Shown here one piece after another: positions 58,069 to 64,000 of a stretch of DNA of 64,000 nucleotides (positions within the stretch are counted from its first letter, which is position 1; every line of letters begins with the position of its first letter). The notes beneath the pieces are model-generated. The model ran no database searches and was not told the DNA's origin. It saw only the letters and a program-made list of their open reading frames with translations. Source of the DNA: the human T2T-CHM13v2.0 reference genome, Homo sapiens; NCBI RefSeq assembly GCF_009914755.1, contig NC_060933.1, one strand, 5' to 3'. The translations under genes were made by a program, and so were the position numbers.

Positions 58069-58783
58069 TAGTAGCACCCTCTTGTCTTCAGGGGATATGT
58101 TCTAAGACCCCCAGTGGATGCCTAAAACTAAGGATAGCAAATTCTATTGCTGTCAGTTGGAACATGTTTCTTTTCATGTCTTCAGTCCACATATTTAATG
58201 ACTTTTCCACTTTAACTAAATTTTAATCACACACTGTGACCATCACTTTTACAGTTTGAGGTACAACAGCAAAACTATCATTAATTTCTTTTTTCTTCTT
58301 CACAATTTCATGGATAGAAGATTTGTTCTTACTGTAGATCTTAGCAACCTCAGTGTATGATTTTCTTTTCCTTCCTTATTAGGTCAAAAACTTTTGCCTT
58401 TTCACTTAAAGGAAGCACTTTAAGTCTTATCTGTGGCATATCTGAATTGCCAGCATCACTGCTCTTGCACTTTGAGAGTATTACATGAAATAAGGGTTAC
58501 TTGAACCCAAGCATTGCCTTACTGTAATAGTAAGTCTGATAACTGAGAGGACTATTAACAACATGGGTATACTATTGTATCCACAGGATGCATCCACACT
58601 AAACAAAGGGAGAATTCACATCCTGGGCAGGGTGAAGTGGGAAGGTGAGGAATTTCATCACAGTACTCGAAACATCATAAAACTTAAAACATGAATTGTT
58701 TATTTCTAGAATTTTCCATTTAATATTTTTGGAACCATGAATTGATCACAAGTAACTAAAACCATGGAAAAGAGAGAACTAGT
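58069..58783 (-). mobile_element. Second MER44-type (Tigger7-derived) element
   Basis: Colinear with 6472-7191 (…agatcttagcaacctcag…cacttaaagg…aattgccagcatcact…gaattgtttatttct). Confidence 0.85.
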
Positions 58784-59077
58784 CCACATGTTGTTTAGTA
58801 TCGCTATTACAGTAATTTTCTTTTTCTTGTGTGGTCTTATCCTGTGGGCTTCTAGAAAATTGTTTCCTACCTGCCTCTCAATCCCCTTCCTCTTCTCAAC
58901 TTTCATTTTAGCAGAGGCTACATTATAGTGACCCTGTTGGTTTAGGATTTAAAGAGGCATTTATTTGATTTGTTAAAAACCTCCACATGCACCCATGAAA
59001 TAACCAAATGACCTCAGGGTATAAATGGAGCTGCAAACTTGTCCAAGTCAAGAAATTCAGTATAAAAACCTTAGGCA

Positions 59078-59398
59078 GGCCAGGCGCGGTGGCTCACGCC
59101 TGTAATCCTAGCACTTTGGGAGGCCGAGGTGGGTGGATCACGAGGCAGAATATCGAGACAATCCTGGCTAACATGGTGAAACCTCGTCTCTACTAAAAAT
59201 ACAAAAAATTAGCCAGGCATGGTGGCGGGCGCCTGTAGTCCCAGCTACTCAGGAGGCTGAGGCAGGAGAATGGCGTGATCCCGGGAGGCGGAGCTTGCAT
59301 TGAGCCGAGATCGCGCCACTGCACTCTAGCCTGGGCGACAGAGAAGACTCCTCCTCAAACAAAAACAAAACAAAAACAAAAACAAAACAAACAAAAAG
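59078..59398 (+). mobile_element. AluY with (CAAAA)n-type tail
   Basis: Y diagnostics (atcctggctaac, gaatggcgtga, gcggagcttgca); TSD accttaggca. Confidence 0.93.
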
Positions 59399-59989
59399 AA
59401 ACACCTTAGGCAACAACATATATGCTAGAATTGCCTTTGCTAACTCCCCTGGCAAAGCAAATGATGTATTGAGATTGCTTCTCAGATAAGGTGGTTGAAA
59501 ATGATAGCAATCTTAAAAAATGAGCAGTTTTCATAAATTTGTATACATTTTGCTCTATAGACAAAGAGTAGAGCTTATAGCTATCATGGCCATATCTCAA
59601 TAAAAATGTGTTGCAAGCAGGTTTGCCTTGGGCATCTTTCCTTATTCCTTTCAGTATTCCACTTCTTTTCACACCCTTTCCCACATGTTAGATGTTCCCA
59701 GTCTGCTCATTCAGTTCGGGCTCCCTTCCCTGGGAGGCTGTCTTCAGCTCAAAACTTTGCCAGTGATAAAACTCCATTCAAAACTTATCTGCCAAGTGGC
59801 CATTTTTACTTGAAGCCCTGCCCTTGGTCAATGACAGTGCAAAAACTGGATAGTGGCATATTAATCAAATAAGTCATTTTCTCCCTAGGTTAAACCATAG
59901 GGAATATCTGCTTTCAACCCTTTTGGCCTCCAAAAAAAAAAAAAAAAGCATTTTGTATGGCTTTTCATACCTCATGGTGTCCTAGCTTG

Positions 59990-60185
59990 AGCACTGGAGC
60001 AAAGTCAGAAAATCTGAGCCCTTGACTTATCTCTGTGGTTCACTGCTGGATAATGTCCAGAAAATTATTTCATGCCTTTGAGCTTCAGCTTCCTTATCTG
60101 TAAAAAGGAGAGTAACTACCTTGACTTCTTGCTGAGATTTTAAAGAGAACAAATGTGAAAGCACACACAATCACCATTTGCAAAG
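59990..60185 (+). mobile_element. MIR
   Basis: gagcttcagcttccttatctgtaaaa…tgtgaaagcac. Confidence 0.6.
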
Positions 60186-60553
60186 GGTAAAGTGGTAGAT
60201 GGATGAAAGGAATAATGATCTGTAATTTTTCCTTACATGCTAGCCTATTTAAAATGTATGAGCCTCCATGATAAGTGTGGCTAATAGTGGGGGAATGTAG
60301 ATGATCTAGAGATACCGGTCAACCTACAATGTCAGCTTTATGTCATTGTGCCCCTTTCTTCTTTGGGGTTTATATGACTATAATATTTTAAAAACCAAAA
60401 CCTTATGGGACCATTTTATAATTTGTGTCATATGAAATTTTAATTTTGCTATTTATAGTGAAAGGGAAAAAAGGAAGTGGAGTATATAGGATATAGATCT
60501 CTAACCACTAAAATAAACCTGTGAGTAAATGCATTTTAAGCTCTTCATGCAAA

Positions 60554-60647
60554 TACATATATATATATATATACACACATATATATACACACACACACAT
60601 ATAATTACTGATTAAAAATATATATAAAATCACATATATATACATAT
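60554..60647 (+). repeat. (AT)n/(AC)n compound microsatellite
   Basis: Alternating AT and AC runs. Confidence 0.85.
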
Positions 60648-61235
60648 AAAACCACTTGGCATTCAGGTTGTATAAAAATGTTGATTTTTATTCAAGAATT
60701 GTAGAGTAGATGGAAATTTAATGTACTCAATGTAATCTCTATTTGGGATGAGATTCTAGGGGGAATTAAAATTTACATAGGAGTTTCTTTGCCTGGTTTA
60801 GTCCATCCAGAGGCTTCAGATGGTCTGGGAACCAACTAAAGTTGTGTGGAGCAATGTAAAAGTCAGTATATATGTTTCTTTTCCCCTGGGGAGGGATTCA
60901 ATAGATTTCATCGTATTCTTAAAGAAATTCTTGTCCTACCAAAGGTTAAGAACTAATTATCTCAGTTAAACAAAACACATAAAAATATGTTTTTATATAC
61001 ATGTTGAATTATTCAAATCTTCAGTGCTTAGTAGTTTATTAATCTTGAAGGCCTAGAAAGTGAATAATTTCAACAACTGAACAAAAATAAAATTTAAAAA
61101 GAAACTATTTTCTGGTCATTAGAACAAACTTGTTATAAAATATATGTCTTTTTGCTATTGCTTCTCCACTTCAACACTCATGATCATGTTTTGTTGCTAT
61201 TTCCCCTATCTCATTTTTTCTGGCTGCTGGGTTAA

Positions 61236-61436
<201 letters not shown>

Positions 61437-61976
61437 TAAGAGTAAAATTGGAGGCATTCCATCTGGTCCAGTAGTGCAGTATCTTGACAATTTACATGAA
61501 AGATTAACTCATGGTTTCTGCCTACCAAGATCTTGCCATGGTTCTGATTATAACTGGAAAATCTTCCATGACCCACAACAGCACTATTATTCCTTAAACA
61601 CTTCTCTTCTCTAAATCTGGTAATAAAATAATGTTACTGGATTGAAATAGGACCATGAGTAATCAGAATAAGATATTTTAAAAACTAGAACAATGTTCAC
61701 TAATTATTTACAGGAATAAGCATAATATTGAAGTGACCCTAAAACATTATTTTGTAGTTTTTTTTTTAATTCACTGGAATGAAGATTTTTAGAGTGAAGA
61801 CTATCCTAATATCAGAGCAATCACAGTTTGTTTGCAAGAATTCTTCCTTCTGTCTTACTTGCCATCGTTTGTTGGCAATATTCACCTGGTTTGTGGAATC
61901 TCAGATTTAGTTTACATTGTCATTCCTCACATTCTGATGATTGTAAAAATAACTTTTGAGGTTTTGATACTTTTAA

Positions 61977-62435
<459 letters not shown>

Positions 62436-62479
62436 TGATGGAAAGTTAGAGTCAGAAAAGATATTAAAAAACACATAGT

Positions 62480-62610
62480 CTAATCATTATGTTTTACAGA
62501 TGGGAATGATAAATCTCAAGAGATTGCATTATATGTTTATGGTCACAGAGTTAGGAGAAGAGTCAGGGTGAGAACCTAGGAATCTTGACTTCGAGTCCAA
62601 GGCTCTTGCT
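62480..62610 (-). mobile_element. MIR
   Basis: gttttacagatgggaa…ggtcacagagttag…agaacctaggaatcttgacttcgagtcca. Confidence 0.65.
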
Positions 62611-64000
62611 GCTTTCTCTGCAAATCCTTCATCTGTCATTAAAAGATCAAATTGTTGCCTGAACTTTTTGAAGCAGCCATGATAAAGCCACTGATTCCTA
62701 TGTTGATCTCACTGGAAACACTCAGATTGCTTCTCCACCTTTGGGCATGTCTGGGCTTCCCTCTGTTTTCATTAGAAGCCTAACTGCAGCATCTCCATCT
62801 CCATTTCCTCCTGTCCTGTACCTTACTTTCTCTCCCTCTAAATGCTATTCAAATGAAGAAGGCCAGCTCTTTTCCAGGAATTAAACATTATGACCGTAAT
62901 TTGCCTTTAGAGTATCTGCCCATTTAGTGAATCAGAGAAAGGAGGTTAGACATAGATCATTTAGAATCAGAAAATCATTGGTCATGAGTTGTTGCTAGAG
63001 TCTGTTCCCGTTCATAAAATGCTTATGTGTATGATGTGACGTCATTTTGAGCTTGGGCATTTTCAAAGTATGTGCAGATTTAGGCTGTGGGAAGTGTAGA
63101 CTTCCCACACTGAAACTTTTGCAGAACAGTATAGATCAAAAGAATTAAAATATGTCTTTATAAGCATAGAATTTTCTAAAAAATCTTGGACAGCAAATGA
63201 TATAATCTACTTACAGAAAAAGGTTCCAAATAACATTCTGAGTATTTCAGAAGTGGTACCAATAGAGACGGGACTAGATATTTTAAAGACTTTAATATAC
63301 AGTCATGTCATAAAAACTTGTAAAATATAAGTAATTTAGCAGAGGGCTTTTATTTATTTAAAATGAAAAATGTAGGAACACCTCAAAGCATTTACTAAGT
63401 TTGCTTTCAAAATGGTCTCATAATTGTAATAGTACATAGAGGTAACATTATCATGCAGCTTTGGTCCATTATTTATATTGGTTATGTTTTTGTATAAATA
63501 AACCATATTAAAGGATGGGTAGTTGATTATCAATAAAATAACTATTCTTTGTAAGAACCTCTTTAACATATATTTTAGGGACCCTCTGAGTCCTAGGGGC
63601 CAATGAAGGTAATAATGGAGATTCATGAGTAACTTTACAAATTTGATAAAACCAAATTTAAATTTGCCTTGCATAAGTTTGCACAGGATAAGCCAAATTT
63701 TCTTTACATTAGTCTAAAATTATAGCATGCTGATTTTGTATTATGTCATGCTGAGATTTGGATCCTGTTGGTCATACTTATATAATGTTTTAATAAAAAT
63801 GACAAAAATCTAATAGCAATTGTTTTCTAAATATAGTCTGGTAGTTATTATAATTATTCACACCACGAAGTCCACAGGAGAAAATAGGAAATGTTTAGTG
63901 GTGACAGTTTGAGCCGGGTATTTGGGAAAGGAGATAGTCACCAGAGTTACCTAAAATCGGTATTTCCCTATTAGAAAATTAGTACATGTTTTGGATTCTT

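Noticed and set aside
63140-63800. AT-rich stretch with a 106-aa minus-strand ORF, possibly an old DNA transposon
   Set aside because: No recognisable motif, TIR or homology; I cannot support a call.

Overview
Human (primate) genomic DNA lying entirely inside TMC1, the gene for the pore-forming subunit of the hair-cell mechanotransduction channel (deafness loci DFNA36/DFNB7/11), on the + strand. Seven internal coding exons have AG/GT boundaries and compatible phases, and splice into one continuous frame. They match exons 9-15 as I recall the reference numbering (about residues 121-408: end of the N-terminal domain, TM1, TM2, intracellular loop 1, TM3). The window starts in intron 8 and ends in intron 15. 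The introns hold an antisense full-length processed RPS27A (ubiquitin-S27a) pseudogene and a near full-length old L1PA interrupted by an MLT2A LTR. They also hold a human-specific AluYa5 nested in an older Alu, many other Alu/MIR/L2/LTR/DNA-transposon relics and microsatellites. I found no evidence of a new multi-gene system. The best leads are small: three local templated duplications, a possibly polymorphic AluYa5 near exon 10, a weak exon-15 donor followed by an RBFOX motif, pseudoexon-ready sequences in intron 8, two unexplained hairpins and a mirror polypurine tract. Repeat family names and exon numbers come from recall of consensus and reference sequences, not from a search, and boundaries of old repeats are approximate.
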